Assembly (NCBI GenBank): GCA_002796135.1
Contig: PCWB01000027.1
Span: 1,724 to 65,723, forward strand
Reading direction: 5' to 3'
DNA length: 64,000 bases
Source: Candidatus Omnitrophica bacterium CG11_big_fil_rev_8_21_14_0_20_41_12
GTDB lineage: Bacteria; Omnitrophota; Gorgyraeia; Gygaellales; Profunditerraquicolaceae
This document shows, piece by piece, positions 28,170-38,436 of this stretch. The position numbers and the translations under genes were made by a program. The notes beneath the pieces were generated by a model. It worked only from the letters and a program-made list of their open reading frames with translations. It did not search any database and had not been told where the DNA came from. The number at the start of each line of letters is the position of its first letter. Within the stretch, counting starts at the first letter, position 1.

Positions 28170-29041
28170 ATTTTTATCTCAGGCTTAAGCTTAACTTTAA
28201 ACCTTGATTTAATTTTTTTCTGAATTAAATCCATAAGCGCTAAAACATCGCCGGATTTTGCTTGATGCGAATTTAAAATAAAATTAGCATGTGTCCTGGA
28301 AACCGATGCACCGCCTCTGGCTTTGCCCTTCAGTCCGCATTTATCAATCAGAGCCCCTGCCAAATTACGTCCCGGATTTTTAAAAATACATCCTGCGTTA
28401 GGAAGGCGGTGATCTTGAGTTTTGCTGCGTTTTAAAAGATAATCTTTTATCTTTTGCACAATCGAATTTCTATCTGCAGCTTGCAGCCTAAGTGTAGCGG
28501 AAATAATAACACACTTATCTAAATTGGATTTACGATAAGCAAATTTTAATTCTTTATAATTGATTATTCTGGGGATCCCGCGATAATCTAAAACATCTAC
28601 CTGCTTAACCAGCTTTCCGATCGATCTATCCCAGGCTCCGGCATTTCCCGCCAGTGCTCCTCCTAATGTGCCGGGAATCCCGGCGAGAAACTCTAATCCG
28701 GTTAATCCTTTTTTTTGAGCAAATAAGATCAGCTGGCTTAATTTTGAAGCACCTCCCGCTATTATACAAGTGCCTTGAGCGTGATTAGCCCTAAACACCT
28801 TGGCCGTTAATCTGATTACCAGCCCGTCTACTCCTGAATCGCTGACCAATACATTGCTCCCTGAGCCTAAAATAAAAACCTTGATACCGCTACGCCAAGC
28901 TAAAGCTAAGACCCGCTGTAAACTTTTAATATCCGCAGGCTCAAAGAAAAATTTTGCCGGCCCCCCGATCTTAAAGCTCGTAAGGTTGGCTAACTTAGTT
29001 TTAGTTTTTATTTTTTTACTTAAGTTTTTGGGCCAAAGCAT
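28160..29041 (-). CDS. murB: UDP-N-acetylenolpyruvoylglucosamine reductase
   Basis: FAD-binding ...LTSFKIGGPAKFF... and the MurB C-terminal domain. Confidence 0.85.
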   Translation of the reverse strand: MLWPKNLSKKIKTKTKLANLTSFKIGGPAKFFFEPADIKSLQRVLALAWRSGIKVFILGSGSNVLVSDSGVDGLVIRLTAKVFRANHAQGTCIIAGGASKLSQLILFAQKKGLTGLEFLAGIPGTLGGALAGNAGAWDRSIGKLVKQVDVLDYRGIPRIINYKELKFAYRKSNLDKCVIISATLRLQAADRNSIVQKIKDYLLKRSKTQDHRLPNAGCIFKNPGRNLAGALIDKCGLKGKARGGASVSRTHANFILNSHQAKSGDVLALMDLIQKKIKSRFKVKLKPEIKIWK

Positions 29042-30374
29042 CGCTTACCTTTACAATATCCCCTGCTCCCAGGGTAATCACCAGATCATCCTTGAGAATA
29101 ATACTTAAGAGATGCTCAAGAATATCCTCTTTAGGCAAATATAATACCGGTTTATTTTTTGTATATTCCTGTATTTTTTTCAATAAACTCTGCGCGCACA
29201 CCCCGTCTATCGGCTTTTCGCCTGCCGCATAAATATCCGTAATAATCAGATAATCCGCCAGGTCAAAAGATTTAGTAAATTCCTCTAAGAGTAACTGGGT
29301 GCGGCTATAACGATGCGGCTGAAAAACAACGATTTTACGTCCGGCATTCAAATTAGTAATCGCTTCAAGAGTAGCTTTGATCTCAGAAGGATGATGAGCA
29401 TAATCATCAATGATCAAATATTTATCATCTTTAAATTTTGTTTCTAATCTACGCCCGGCTCCCCTATACCCTGCTAAGGCCCTGCGTATACATTCTAAAT
29501 CAATACCCAGCTCTTCCCCCAGTCCGATTACCGCCAAAGCATTGGAAATATTATGCCTGCCTCCTAGAGCCAGATGAAAATGCCCGAGTAATTTATTTTT
29601 AAAGTAGCAATCAAAATTAGAGGATAAACCGGTAAATGAAATATTCTTAGCCTGGATATCAGCATTATCATTGAGGCCGAAAAATAAATGTTTTCCTTGA
29701 TAAGAGTTGGCCATTTTAAAAAGATGAGGATCATCTGAACAAGCTATAACAGTGCCTCCTTCTTTAGTGCGCCTGACAAAAGAATCAAATGCCGCTAATT
29801 CCCGCTTGAAATCATGATAATAATCTAAATGCTCCCGGTCAATATTAGTGATAATTGAATACTTGGGGCTATAGTTTAAAAATGACCCATCAGATTCATC
29901 GGCCTCGGCAACAAAAAATTCCCCGCTGCCTAAGCAGGCGTTGGCATTGATATTCTTAAGTATTCCGCCGATAACTACTGTAGGATTTAGCCCTGCCTCA
30001 AGCAACATGCAAGAAACCAGTGAAGTAGTCGTAGTTTTACCGTGGCTGCCGGCAATGGTTATCGCTGTCTTCTCCTGCATCAAGAGAGCCAAGACTTCTG
30101 CCCTTTTAATTAAGGGTAGGCCTAAAATTTGCGCTTGGCGCAATTCACAATTGTCTTTGTCTATTGCCGATGAATAAACTACTGCATCCTGGCCGTCTAT
30201 ATTCTGCGCATTGTGCCCGATGCATATCTTTGCTCCCAGACTTTTAAGTTCTTCGGTAATCTGATTACCCTTAAGATCCGAGCCGCTCACTTTAGAGCCG
30301 CCCTTAAGCAGTAGATGAGCAATCCCGCTCATCCCTATTCCGCCAATACCGATAAAATGATAATATTTTTTCAT
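29016..30374 (-). CDS. murC: UDP-N-acetylmuramate-L-alanine ligase
   Basis: MKKYYHFIGIGGIGMSGIA...GSHGKTTTT. Start placed at ATG 30374, which forms an ATGA overlap with the upstream peptidase gene; the ORF-track start at 30395 is 7 codons longer. Confidence 0.9.
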   Translation of the reverse strand: MKKYYHFIGIGGIGMSGIAHLLLKGGSKVSGSDLKGNQITEELKSLGAKICIGHNAQNIDGQDAVVYSSAIDKDNCELRQAQILGLPLIKRAEVLALLMQEKTAITIAGSHGKTTTTSLVSCMLLEAGLNPTVVIGGILKNINANACLGSGEFFVAEADESDGSFLNYSPKYSIITNIDREHLDYYHDFKRELAAFDSFVRRTKEGGTVIACSDDPHLFKMANSYQGKHLFFGLNDNADIQAKNISFTGLSSNFDCYFKNKLLGHFHLALGGRHNISNALAVIGLGEELGIDLECIRRALAGYRGAGRRLETKFKDDKYLIIDDYAHHPSEIKATLEAITNLNAGRKIVVFQPHRYSRTQLLLEEFTKSFDLADYLIITDIYAAGEKPIDGVCAQSLLKKIQEYTKNKPVLYLPKEDILEHLLSIILKDDLVITLGAGDIVKVSDALAQKLK

Positions 30375-31141
30375 CTTAAGATATAAGCCTTCCAACCTTC
30401 TTCAAAATTAGCCATATTGGAAAAGGAATATGCCTTGGATAATGCCGCCGCAAGATTCCGGCTGTCCCGCAGGCTCTGGCAGAAAAATACAAACTTACCT
30501 CTGCCGAATTCCGAAATTAAATATTTTACCAAACTATATGCTTCTGCATAAAATAATGCTGCCCTGGCTTTATCCTCAGACTTTGATAATCCCAACCTGC
30601 TTAAATCACCCAGTGAAATAAAATTCCCGCTCCTTATTCCTTCGGCTAACTTTGCTTTAACCGCATAAATATTTTCCCCTTGATAACTTGCCACCCCCTC
30701 CTCAAGCCAGAGAGGCACAGCAGGATTATTAAAACCAACCATCTCTCTAAAAATTATATGCGCCAATTCATGAGGAAGAATATTATTTAAAAATCCCGGA
30801 GCAGTCACAAAGGTCTTGATCAATTTATTTGCTACGGCGGCCTGCCCGGCTGACCAATCAGGAGCATCGGTGTCTTTACGGTAATCCTGCTGAGTATCAA
30901 ATATATAAATTCTTGCCCTCCTGTCCCAAGTCCAAAAATTAAAACGGTTAAAACCTAACTCATTGGTAATATTACTATAACAGCTCTCTGCAGCCTGGGC
31001 TAACCGCTCAACTGTGCTCTGCGGCGCCTCTTTATAATAAATAAAAAAATGCGTAGATTTCAACAGCTGCCAATCCCCCTTAGCCGCAAAGGCAACGATG
31101 GGGAAAAATAAAAATAATAATAAAAATCTGAATCGGCACAT
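30371..31141 (-). CDS. Secreted HExxH zinc metallopeptidase-like protein (Peptidase_MA-like), embedded in the dcw cluster
   Basis: Signal peptide, then HELAHIIF...LWLEEGVASYQ (HExxH with a downstream EGxA glutamate). It lies between murG and murC and is translationally coupled to murC. Confidence 0.6.
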   Translation of the reverse strand: MCRFRFLLLFLFFPIVAFAAKGDWQLLKSTHFFIYYKEAPQSTVERLAQAAESCYSNITNELGFNRFNFWTWDRRARIYIFDTQQDYRKDTDAPDWSAGQAAVANKLIKTFVTAPGFLNNILPHELAHIIFREMVGFNNPAVPLWLEEGVASYQGENIYAVKAKLAEGIRSGNFISLGDLSRLGLSKSEDKARAALFYAEAYSLVKYLISEFGRGKFVFFCQSLRDSRNLAAALSKAYSFSNMANFEEGWKAYILR

Positions 31142-32247
31142 TACTTTAAATTTAATACCTCTTTTGCCAATAAGAATGCGGCATCCGTAGAGATTTGCTG
31201 CCCATAAGCCTTGCGCATCGCTTTGAGTTTATCGGGATTCATTAAAAGATCATCTAATCTATCGGTTAAATTTTCAGCGGTCAACTCCTCATCTTTAATA
31301 ATCAAAGCGGCTTTAAGATCTTGCAGCACGCAGGCATTGGCTTTCTGATGAGCATATGCAAAAGGATAGGGAATCAGAATTGCCGGGATTGCGAATCTCT
31401 GTAATTCCGCAACGGTAGTGGCCCCGGCCCGGCAGATTATCAGATCCGCTACGCTATAAGCATATTGCATGGTTAAAAAAAATTCAAAAACTTTGCTCGT
31501 CAAATTCAAAGCGCGGTATTTTTTCTGCAGCGCCAGGAAATCCCCTGTTCCGGTAATGTGGATTATCTGAAAATTATCTTTTTTCTGCGATATAGATACT
31601 GCCTCGGAGCAAACAGTATTTAATCTGTGCGACCCCTGGCTGCCTCCGGTGATCAAAATGTTGAATTTCCCATCGGTAAAACCTAAAAAATCAAGCGCCT
31701 TTTTTCTGTCTATACGGATCAAATCCTGGCGCAGCGGGTTACCGGTGAAGATTATTTTTTTTGCGGATATATTCAAATATTTTTTCGTTTGGCTAAAAGA
31801 TACTGCCACCCGGTCCACCAGCTTAGCCAACAGGCGATTTGCCCTACCGGGGATGACATTCTGTTCATGAATTATGGTTTTTATTCTGAACAACCAGGCC
31901 CAGAACACTAAGGCCACCGTATTTAAGCTGCCGAATCCTACCACCACCTCGGGCCTGAACTTTATAACAATACGCAGGCTCTCCCAGGCACCTGACAAAA
32001 ACAAAAACACCCCTTTTATATTTTTACTATTTAAATTATAACTCAAATTAGATGCGGGAATATATTTAACTTGCACGGCCTCCACAACAATAAAACTATC
32101 TTGATTTTTTTTAGGCAGAACCAATAATAAATCATTAGCTGAATCTTTCAGTGAATCAATTAAAGCCAACGCCGGATAAATATGCCCGCCGCTTGAACCG
32201 GTAACGATCAAAATTCGCATCTTATGGATACTCTCCGCAACGTGCAA
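31141..32247 (-). CDS. murG: Undecaprenyldiphospho-muramoylpentapeptide beta-N-acetylglucosaminyltransferase
   Basis: GT28 fold with ILIVTGSSGGHIYPALAL. The true start may be the internal ATG at 32220 (MRILIVTG), 1 nt after the ftsW stop. Confidence 0.9.
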   Translation of the reverse strand: MHVAESIHKMRILIVTGSSGGHIYPALALIDSLKDSANDLLLVLPKKNQDSFIVVEAVQVKYIPASNLSYNLNSKNIKGVFLFLSGAWESLRIVIKFRPEVVVGFGSLNTVALVFWAWLFRIKTIIHEQNVIPGRANRLLAKLVDRVAVSFSQTKKYLNISAKKIIFTGNPLRQDLIRIDRKKALDFLGFTDGKFNILITGGSQGSHRLNTVCSEAVSISQKKDNFQIIHITGTGDFLALQKKYRALNLTSKVFEFFLTMQYAYSVADLIICRAGATTVAELQRFAIPAILIPYPFAYAHQKANACVLQDLKAALIIKDEELTAENLTDRLDDLLMNPDKLKAMRKAYGQQISTDAAFLLAKEVLNLK

Positions 32248-33316
32248 TATTAATCAAGATACCTAAACTAACCATATCAAATAACAACGAAGAACCGCCG
32301 TAACTAATAAATGGTAGCGGCAGGCCTTTAGTCGGAAACAATCCGCAAGAGACCCCGATATTGATAATCGCCTTAAGCGAGATCATTAAAACTAATCCCA
32401 AAGCAAGAAAATACCCGAATTTATCTTGGGCGTTTTTAATAATCTTGAGTCCTTGCTGAATAAAAATCATAAACAATATGATAACGCCCAATGTGCCGAT
32501 TAGCCCGAGTTCTTCCCCGATAATTGAAAAAATAAAATCAGTATGAGCAGCCGGCAAATAAAAAAGCTTCTGCTGTGAATGGCCCAGCCCCCTGCCAAAT
32601 ATCCCCCCTGAACCAATAGCGATCTGTGATTGAATAATCTGAAAACCGGTTCCCTTTGGATCAAGCCAGGGATTCAAAAAAGCCATAATCCTGGCTCTAC
32701 GGTACGGCACGCTAAATACTAAGAAATAAGCTGCCGGCAAACTACAAAGTATTAAACTCAAAATATAACTGCCGCGGGTTCCTGCGACAAAAAGCATAAT
32801 CAGAATCACGCTACCTAAAGCAACCACCGTACCCAGATCCGGCTGTATCAGTATTAATAAAGCTGTTGCACCCAATACGCATATCGGTGGAATAAACCCT
32901 TTAAAAAGAGACTTAATCTTATCCCCTTTACGGGCAATAAAATCAGCCATATAAATAATCAGCGCAAGATTGGCAAACTCTGAAGGCTGAAAACTGATAA
33001 ATTTAAATCTAAACCAACGCCTGGCTCCGGAGACCTCTCTACCTATACCGGGAATAAGCACTAAGACAAGCGCGACCAAAGCAATCCAAAGCATAAACCG
33101 GGCATGCTTCCTAAATAAACGGTAATCAAAAAACATCGTTAAAAAAGCCAGCAAAACGCCGACTGCCAAAAAAACTAAATGCCGCTTTAAAAAATAAAAA
33201 CTATCCCTGTATCTTTCCCAGGCATAAATACTTGAAGAGCTGTAAATCATTACTATGCCCACAGAGATAAGTATAACTGAAACAGTAAGCAAATTAATGC
33301 GCGTCTTTCTAACCAC
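32222..33316 (-). CDS. ftsW: Cell division SEDS protein FtsW (lipid II flippase/polymerase)
   Basis: FtsW/RodA family protein located between murD and murG. Confidence 0.85.
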   Translation of the reverse strand: MVRKTRINLLTVSVILISVGIVMIYSSSSIYAWERYRDSFYFLKRHLVFLAVGVLLAFLTMFFDYRLFRKHARFMLWIALVALVLVLIPGIGREVSGARRWFRFKFISFQPSEFANLALIIYMADFIARKGDKIKSLFKGFIPPICVLGATALLILIQPDLGTVVALGSVILIMLFVAGTRGSYILSLILCSLPAAYFLVFSVPYRRARIMAFLNPWLDPKGTGFQIIQSQIAIGSGGIFGRGLGHSQQKLFYLPAAHTDFIFSIIGEELGLIGTLGVIILFMIFIQQGLKIIKNAQDKFGYFLALGLVLMISLKAIINIGVSCGLFPTKGLPLPFISYGGSSLLFDMVSLGILINIARCGEYP

Positions 33317-34585
33317 CTAAACTTTCTCCCTTGCTAAATTCAACACGATTTTTTTAAAAGCCCTTCCCCTCTCTTCATAATCTGTGAACATATCATAACT
33401 TGAGCACATCGGAGAAAATAATACGGTATACCCCGGCTTAGCCAGAATAAAAGCTCTCTGCACAGCATCCTTTAACGTAGCGGCATTTTCGATCGTAAAT
33501 TTATTTTTCAGAGCAGTCGCTATCTCTCCTTGCGCCTCTCCAATCAGAATTATTTGTTTCACTTTATTTTTAGCCGGTTCAATAACAACCCGGTAATCGA
33601 TACCTTTATGCCTTCCCCCGGCAATAAAAATTATAGGAGTATTAATATTATTGATCGCCCAGGTTGCCGAATCCGCCGTAGTTGCCTTAGAATCATTAAT
33701 AAATTTTACTCCGTTAATATTACGCACTTCCTCTATACGGTGCTCAAGCCCCTTGAAGTCATTAAAAACTTTAAGCATAACCTCTGGATCTACCCCGAAA
33801 ATATTCCCTACGCTAAGCACCGCGCTTTGATTAGGATTTAAACCTTCCTGCTTACCAAAGTAAACTGCTTTTGAATTTACATTCTTGGCAATATCGCTAA
33901 GCAACGGATCATCCTTATTCAAAACCAGAAAATCATTATTATCCTGATTCATCGCAATACGCTTTTTAGCATCACCGTATTCCTGAATATCTTTATAACG
34001 ATCAAGATGATTAGAGGTTAAATTCAGAATGACGGCAACCTTAGGTTTAAAATCTTTAATTGTCTCCAGCTGAAATGAGCTTACCTCAAGAGCAACGAAA
34101 TCTGCCTCCTGCATCTTTTCTACTTCACCGCAAAAAGGATTACCGATATTACCACAGAGGAAAACATTTTTTCCGGATGCAGCCAGCACTTTTCCGATTA
34201 AGGTAGTAACTGTGGTTTTCCCGTTGGAACCGGTTACCGCAATAATCGTCGACGGACATAAGATACCGGCGATCTCAATCTCGCTGATCACCGGCTTATT
34301 AAATTCTCTGGCCCATCTAACCGGCTGAGTATCCAAAGCAACCCCGGGGGAAATAACGATCAAATCCGCATCTTTAATAAATTCTGGGCTATGTTTTCCC
34401 AGCTCAACTATAATATCCTTTGAACAAAGTTTAGCGCCTGCCTTCCTGGTCTGCGCATTATCTTGAATATCCGTAACCTTAACCTGAGACCCTAATCGAT
34501 ATAATAAATTCGCGCAAGCTACCCCTGAACGGGCAAGGCCGACAATTGTAATTTTTTTGTTTTTGAAGTACTTAATATTACGCAT
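33317..34585 (-). CDS. murD: UDP-N-acetylmuramoylalanine-D-glutamate ligase
   Basis: Mur ligase fold with GSNGKTT and a MurD-type N-terminus. Confidence 0.9.
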   Translation of the reverse strand: MRNIKYFKNKKITIVGLARSGVACANLLYRLGSQVKVTDIQDNAQTRKAGAKLCSKDIIVELGKHSPEFIKDADLIVISPGVALDTQPVRWAREFNKPVISEIEIAGILCPSTIIAVTGSNGKTTVTTLIGKVLAASGKNVFLCGNIGNPFCGEVEKMQEADFVALEVSSFQLETIKDFKPKVAVILNLTSNHLDRYKDIQEYGDAKKRIAMNQDNNDFLVLNKDDPLLSDIAKNVNSKAVYFGKQEGLNPNQSAVLSVGNIFGVDPEVMLKVFNDFKGLEHRIEEVRNINGVKFINDSKATTADSATWAINNINTPIIFIAGGRHKGIDYRVVIEPAKNKVKQIILIGEAQGEIATALKNKFTIENAATLKDAVQRAFILAKPGYTVLFSPMCSSYDMFTDYEERGRAFKKIVLNLAREKV

Positions 34586-34592
34586 GGACAGG

Positions 34593-35681
34593 TTATCTGA
34601 TCTTTAAAGTAACCAAAGTAAAGAGGGCAAGCAAACCGGCAATAATCCAAAATCTAACGATCACTTTATTTTCGGGCCAATTTAAAAATTGGAAATGATG
34701 ATGCAGCGGAGCAATCTTAAAAATACGTTTTTTTGTCAGCTTAAAACTTGCCACCTGCAATATAACTGAAAGCGCCTCCACAACAAATATGCCTCCGACA
34801 ATAATCAGCAGCAACTCTTTTTTAATTAATAACGCTACGGTTCCGATCGCCCCGCCTAAAGCCAGGGATCCGACATCCCCCATAAAGATTGAGGCAGGAT
34901 AACAGTTAAACCATAAAAAGCCTAAACCGGCTCCCACAATACTAGCGCAGAAAATAGCCAACTCCCCGCCTCCTTTGATATAAGGGATGAGCAGGTAGCT
35001 GCTTAAGTTAATGTTACCCGAGACATAACACAGTATGGAAAATGCAATCCCCACCATTACCACAATCCCGATCGCCAATCCATCTAAGCCATCAGTAAGA
35101 TTTACGGCATTCGATGAACCGGTAATCACCAATATTACAAATAAAATATATAAACCATCTAAATCAAGATTAATGCCTTTTAAAAAGGGAATCTCTAAGC
35201 CTGCTTTATGCCCGGCATCCGTAATCAGAATGATCCCCAATATCAAACCCAGAACAATCTGACTGGTAATTTTAATGCCGGAAGATAACCCGTTGGATTT
35301 TTTCTTTACCTGCTTTAAATAATCATCCATAAAGCCGGTTAATCCCAGCCAAATAGTGCTAAACAGAACAATCCAGATGCAGCGGTTAGAGATATCCGCC
35401 CAGAGCAAAGTTGAAATTGTAATCACCGCCAAAATCAGAATACCTCCCATCGTCGGCGTGCTCTGCTTATGCTTATGTAAATCATCCAGCTTAATACTGT
35501 CAGCCTTATTGATTTTCTCACCGATTTTTAAAGCTTTTAATTTTCTAATCAGCGGCGGGCCAAAAATCAAGCTTAAGATAAAAGCGGTTAAGGCAGCCAT
35601 GCTGGCGCGAAAAGTAATATAGCGGAATAGATTAAATGCGGAAATGAAATCTCTTAAAGGATAAAGCAGATGATAAAGCAT
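34593..35681 (-). CDS. mraY: Phospho-N-acetylmuramoyl-pentapeptide transferase
   Basis: Ten-TM MraY/WecA family protein containing ...DDYLKQ.... It shares 1 nt with the murF stop (TAATG). Confidence 0.9.
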   Translation of the reverse strand: MLYHLLYPLRDFISAFNLFRYITFRASMAALTAFILSLIFGPPLIRKLKALKIGEKINKADSIKLDDLHKHKQSTPTMGGILILAVITISTLLWADISNRCIWIVLFSTIWLGLTGFMDDYLKQVKKKSNGLSSGIKITSQIVLGLILGIILITDAGHKAGLEIPFLKGINLDLDGLYILFVILVITGSSNAVNLTDGLDGLAIGIVVMVGIAFSILCYVSGNINLSSYLLIPYIKGGGELAIFCASIVGAGLGFLWFNCYPASIFMGDVGSLALGGAIGTVALLIKKELLLIIVGGIFVVEALSVILQVASFKLTKKRIFKIAPLHHHFQFLNWPENKVIVRFWIIAGLLALFTLVTLKIR

Positions 35682-37042
35682 TAAATTTCTAAAACCTCTT
35701 CCATTTTCATCGACCGGGATCCTTTTACCAGAATCAGGTCATTTCTTCCCGGAGATATTTTGTTTAACAATAGGTCTTTTGCTTCTTGGGAATTCTGACA
35801 GCAGAATATGTCTTCCTTCTTAAATCCGCTTCCCTGGGCTGCCTCTGCGGTGAGCCTGGCTAAACTACCTACTGCCACCAGCAGATCACAGCTATTAGTT
35901 ATACTCCTTGCGATTTGCCTATGCAATAATTCTTTTTGTTCCCCTAACTCCAACATATCACCCATAATCAGGATCTTTTTGCCCCTGCACTTTGCGCTAT
36001 CTAAAGCAGAGAGCGCAGCTTTAAATGAAAAAGGATTGGAATTATAGGTATCATCAATGAATTTAAGCCCATTACGCACAATAAGATTAAGCCTTCCTTT
36101 GGGAAATTTAAAAGCCGCTAATCTTGATCCGATCTGCGCATAGCTAAAACCTAATATCCGTGCAACTGAAATTGCCCCTAAGGCATTATAAATATTATAA
36201 TATCCCAATGTTGACAGCATAAAATTAGATTCACGGTTAACTTTAAATTCCACCTTTCCATCCCCGACTTGAATAGCTGAAGCACAAAAATCACTTTTTT
36301 CATCGATCCCATAACTAAAAACACACCCTTCACGGTTTTTTTCAAACATGATCCGCCTGAGCAGTTTATCGTCGGCGCAAAGCACGGAAATTGCGGGTTT
36401 TTTCAGATTATCCAATAAGGTTGACTTTTCTTTTAATACTCCGTTTAAATTTTTCAAAAACTCCAGGTGGCTTGGAGCAATATTAGTAATTAATCCGATA
36501 TTGGGCCGGGCAATTTTAGCCAGATAATCAACCTCCCCAAAGTGATTGGTGCCGATCTCAACCACCGCAAAATTATCTTTCTCGGTAAGCTGGATCAATG
36601 TTTGCGGCAGGCCGATAGCATTATTCTTGGTCCCTTCATTCTTTAATACCCTGGCATTACCAGATAAGATCCAGGCAAGCATCTCCTTGGTGGTAGTTTT
36701 GCCGTTTGAGCCGGTAACAGCAATGATCGGCAAATTAAATTTTTCCCTCTGATACCCGGCGATATCCCCCAGAGCTAAAATCGTATCCTTAACCCTGATA
36801 ACTGCAATCTCTTTAGGAACCGCAAAATCCAGCTCTTTATCTACGATTAAACAGCCGGCTTTTGCTTTTAAAGCTTCATCAATAAAATCATGCCCGTCAA
36901 AATTAGTTCCTTTAAGCGCAAGAAACGCTTCCTGCGCAGTTAAGCTTCTTGAATCGGTAGAAATACCGCTTAGCTCATTCTTAAAGCTACCCTGAAGGAG
37001 CCTGCCGGATGCAGCTTTAATTATTTCATTAACTTTAAACAC
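35681..37042 (-). CDS. murF: UDP-N-acetylmuramoyl-tripeptide-D-alanyl-D-alanine ligase
   Basis: Mur ligase with GSNGKTTTKEM, in the murF position. Confidence 0.9.
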   Translation of the reverse strand: MFKVNEIIKAASGRLLQGSFKNELSGISTDSRSLTAQEAFLALKGTNFDGHDFIDEALKAKAGCLIVDKELDFAVPKEIAVIRVKDTILALGDIAGYQREKFNLPIIAVTGSNGKTTTKEMLAWILSGNARVLKNEGTKNNAIGLPQTLIQLTEKDNFAVVEIGTNHFGEVDYLAKIARPNIGLITNIAPSHLEFLKNLNGVLKEKSTLLDNLKKPAISVLCADDKLLRRIMFEKNREGCVFSYGIDEKSDFCASAIQVGDGKVEFKVNRESNFMLSTLGYYNIYNALGAISVARILGFSYAQIGSRLAAFKFPKGRLNLIVRNGLKFIDDTYNSNPFSFKAALSALDSAKCRGKKILIMGDMLELGEQKELLHRQIARSITNSCDLLVAVGSLARLTAEAAQGSGFKKEDIFCCQNSQEAKDLLLNKISPGRNDLILVKGSRSMKMEEVLEI

Positions 37043-38436
37043 TCTTGGGCTACCTTTCGATCGCTAAAATTCAAAACTTTATTCTTTAATATCTGATAGT
37101 TTTCATGGCCTTTACCTGCAATAAGCAGGCAGTCTTCTTTTTTTATCAAAGCTAAACCTTTGCGTATAGCTTGAGCGCGCTCAACGATTAAACAGTAGTT
37201 ATCCTTAACAATACCCGCACAGATATCATCAATAATCTGCCCAGGATTCTCACTACGCGGATTATCGCTGGTAAGGATCGCATAATCTGCCAATTCTGTA
37301 ACTATCTTGCCCATTTCCGGACGCTTTAACTTATCCCGCTCTCCTCCGCAACCAAAAACAACCACAATCCTACCTTTAACTAACGATCTCAAAGTACTAA
37401 TCACATTAAATAAAGCATCCGGAGTATGCGCATAATCTACAAAGACAGCGTACCCTTGCTTAGAGCTAATTCTTTCCAGCCTTCCGGGGACATTTTTAAA
37501 TTTCTCAATCGCAGATTTAATATCCGTAATCTTTAATCTCTCACTTATTCCCCAGGCAATTGCTGCCAGTATATTATAAATATTATACCGGCCGGTCAAA
37601 TTTGTCTTAATCCTAAGCTTTATTTTCGGAGCAATTAAAGTAAACTCAGTTGCCTGCATCCGGAAATCAATATCAGAGGCCATAACTGTAGAACGATTTT
37701 TAATTCCATAGGTTATGATTTTAGCCGGCGTTAATCTTTTGATCCGACAGGCGTATTTATCATCGTTATTGATTATCGCAACGCTTGAAGGCACTAGAGA
37801 TCCGAAGAGCTTGGCCTTAGCAGAAAAATAATTCTCTAAATTCTTATGGTAATCAAGATGGTCCTGGGTAAGATTAGTAAAAATAGCCCGGCTAAAATTA
37901 ATTCCGGCTACCCTATCCTGATCTAAGGCATGAGATGAAACCTCCAACGCACAATACTTAACTCTTCGGGCCAGCATTTGCGCAAGTAATTTTTGCAACT
38001 CCTCGGAGCCGGGGGTAGTATTCTTAGCTACGACAGTTTTGCCCGGAAAACGGTAATTGATCGTGCCGATAACTCCGCTTGATGCGCCGGATTCATTAGC
38101 TAAGGCCTCAATCAAATAAGCAATAGTCGTTTTTCCGTTGGTGCCGGTGATCCCGGCGATTTTAAGTTTATTTGATGCGGACCCGTAAAATTTACTTACT
38201 TCTTTTGCTAAAAATTCCCGGCAATCATTTACCAGAACTAATTTAATTTCTTGAGGGATTATAATTTTCACCGGCTTTTTTTCTACCACAACGGCGCTTG
38301 CACCATTAGCAATTGCTTCATTAATAAAGACGCTGCCATCCTGCCGGTTTCCCTTAATCGCCACAAAAACAAACCCCTTCCTCACTTTTTTAGAATCAGC
38401 AGTAATACCCTTAATTTCAATACCTGCGATTTTCAT
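37021..38436 (-). CDS. murE: UDP-N-acetylmuramoyl-L-alanyl-D-glutamate-2,6-diaminopimelate ligase
   Basis: Mur ligase with GTNGKTTIAYL and a DNPR-containing C-terminus. Confidence 0.9.
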   Translation of the reverse strand: MKIAGIEIKGITADSKKVRKGFVFVAIKGNRQDGSVFINEAIANGASAVVVEKKPVKIIIPQEIKLVLVNDCREFLAKEVSKFYGSASNKLKIAGITGTNGKTTIAYLIEALANESGASSGVIGTINYRFPGKTVVAKNTTPGSEELQKLLAQMLARRVKYCALEVSSHALDQDRVAGINFSRAIFTNLTQDHLDYHKNLENYFSAKAKLFGSLVPSSVAIINNDDKYACRIKRLTPAKIITYGIKNRSTVMASDIDFRMQATEFTLIAPKIKLRIKTNLTGRYNIYNILAAIAWGISERLKITDIKSAIEKFKNVPGRLERISSKQGYAVFVDYAHTPDALFNVISTLRSLVKGRIVVVFGCGGERDKLKRPEMGKIVTELADYAILTSDNPRSENPGQIIDDICAGIVKDNYCLIVERAQAIRKGLALIKKEDCLLIAGKGHENYQILKNKVLNFSDRKVAQECLKLMK

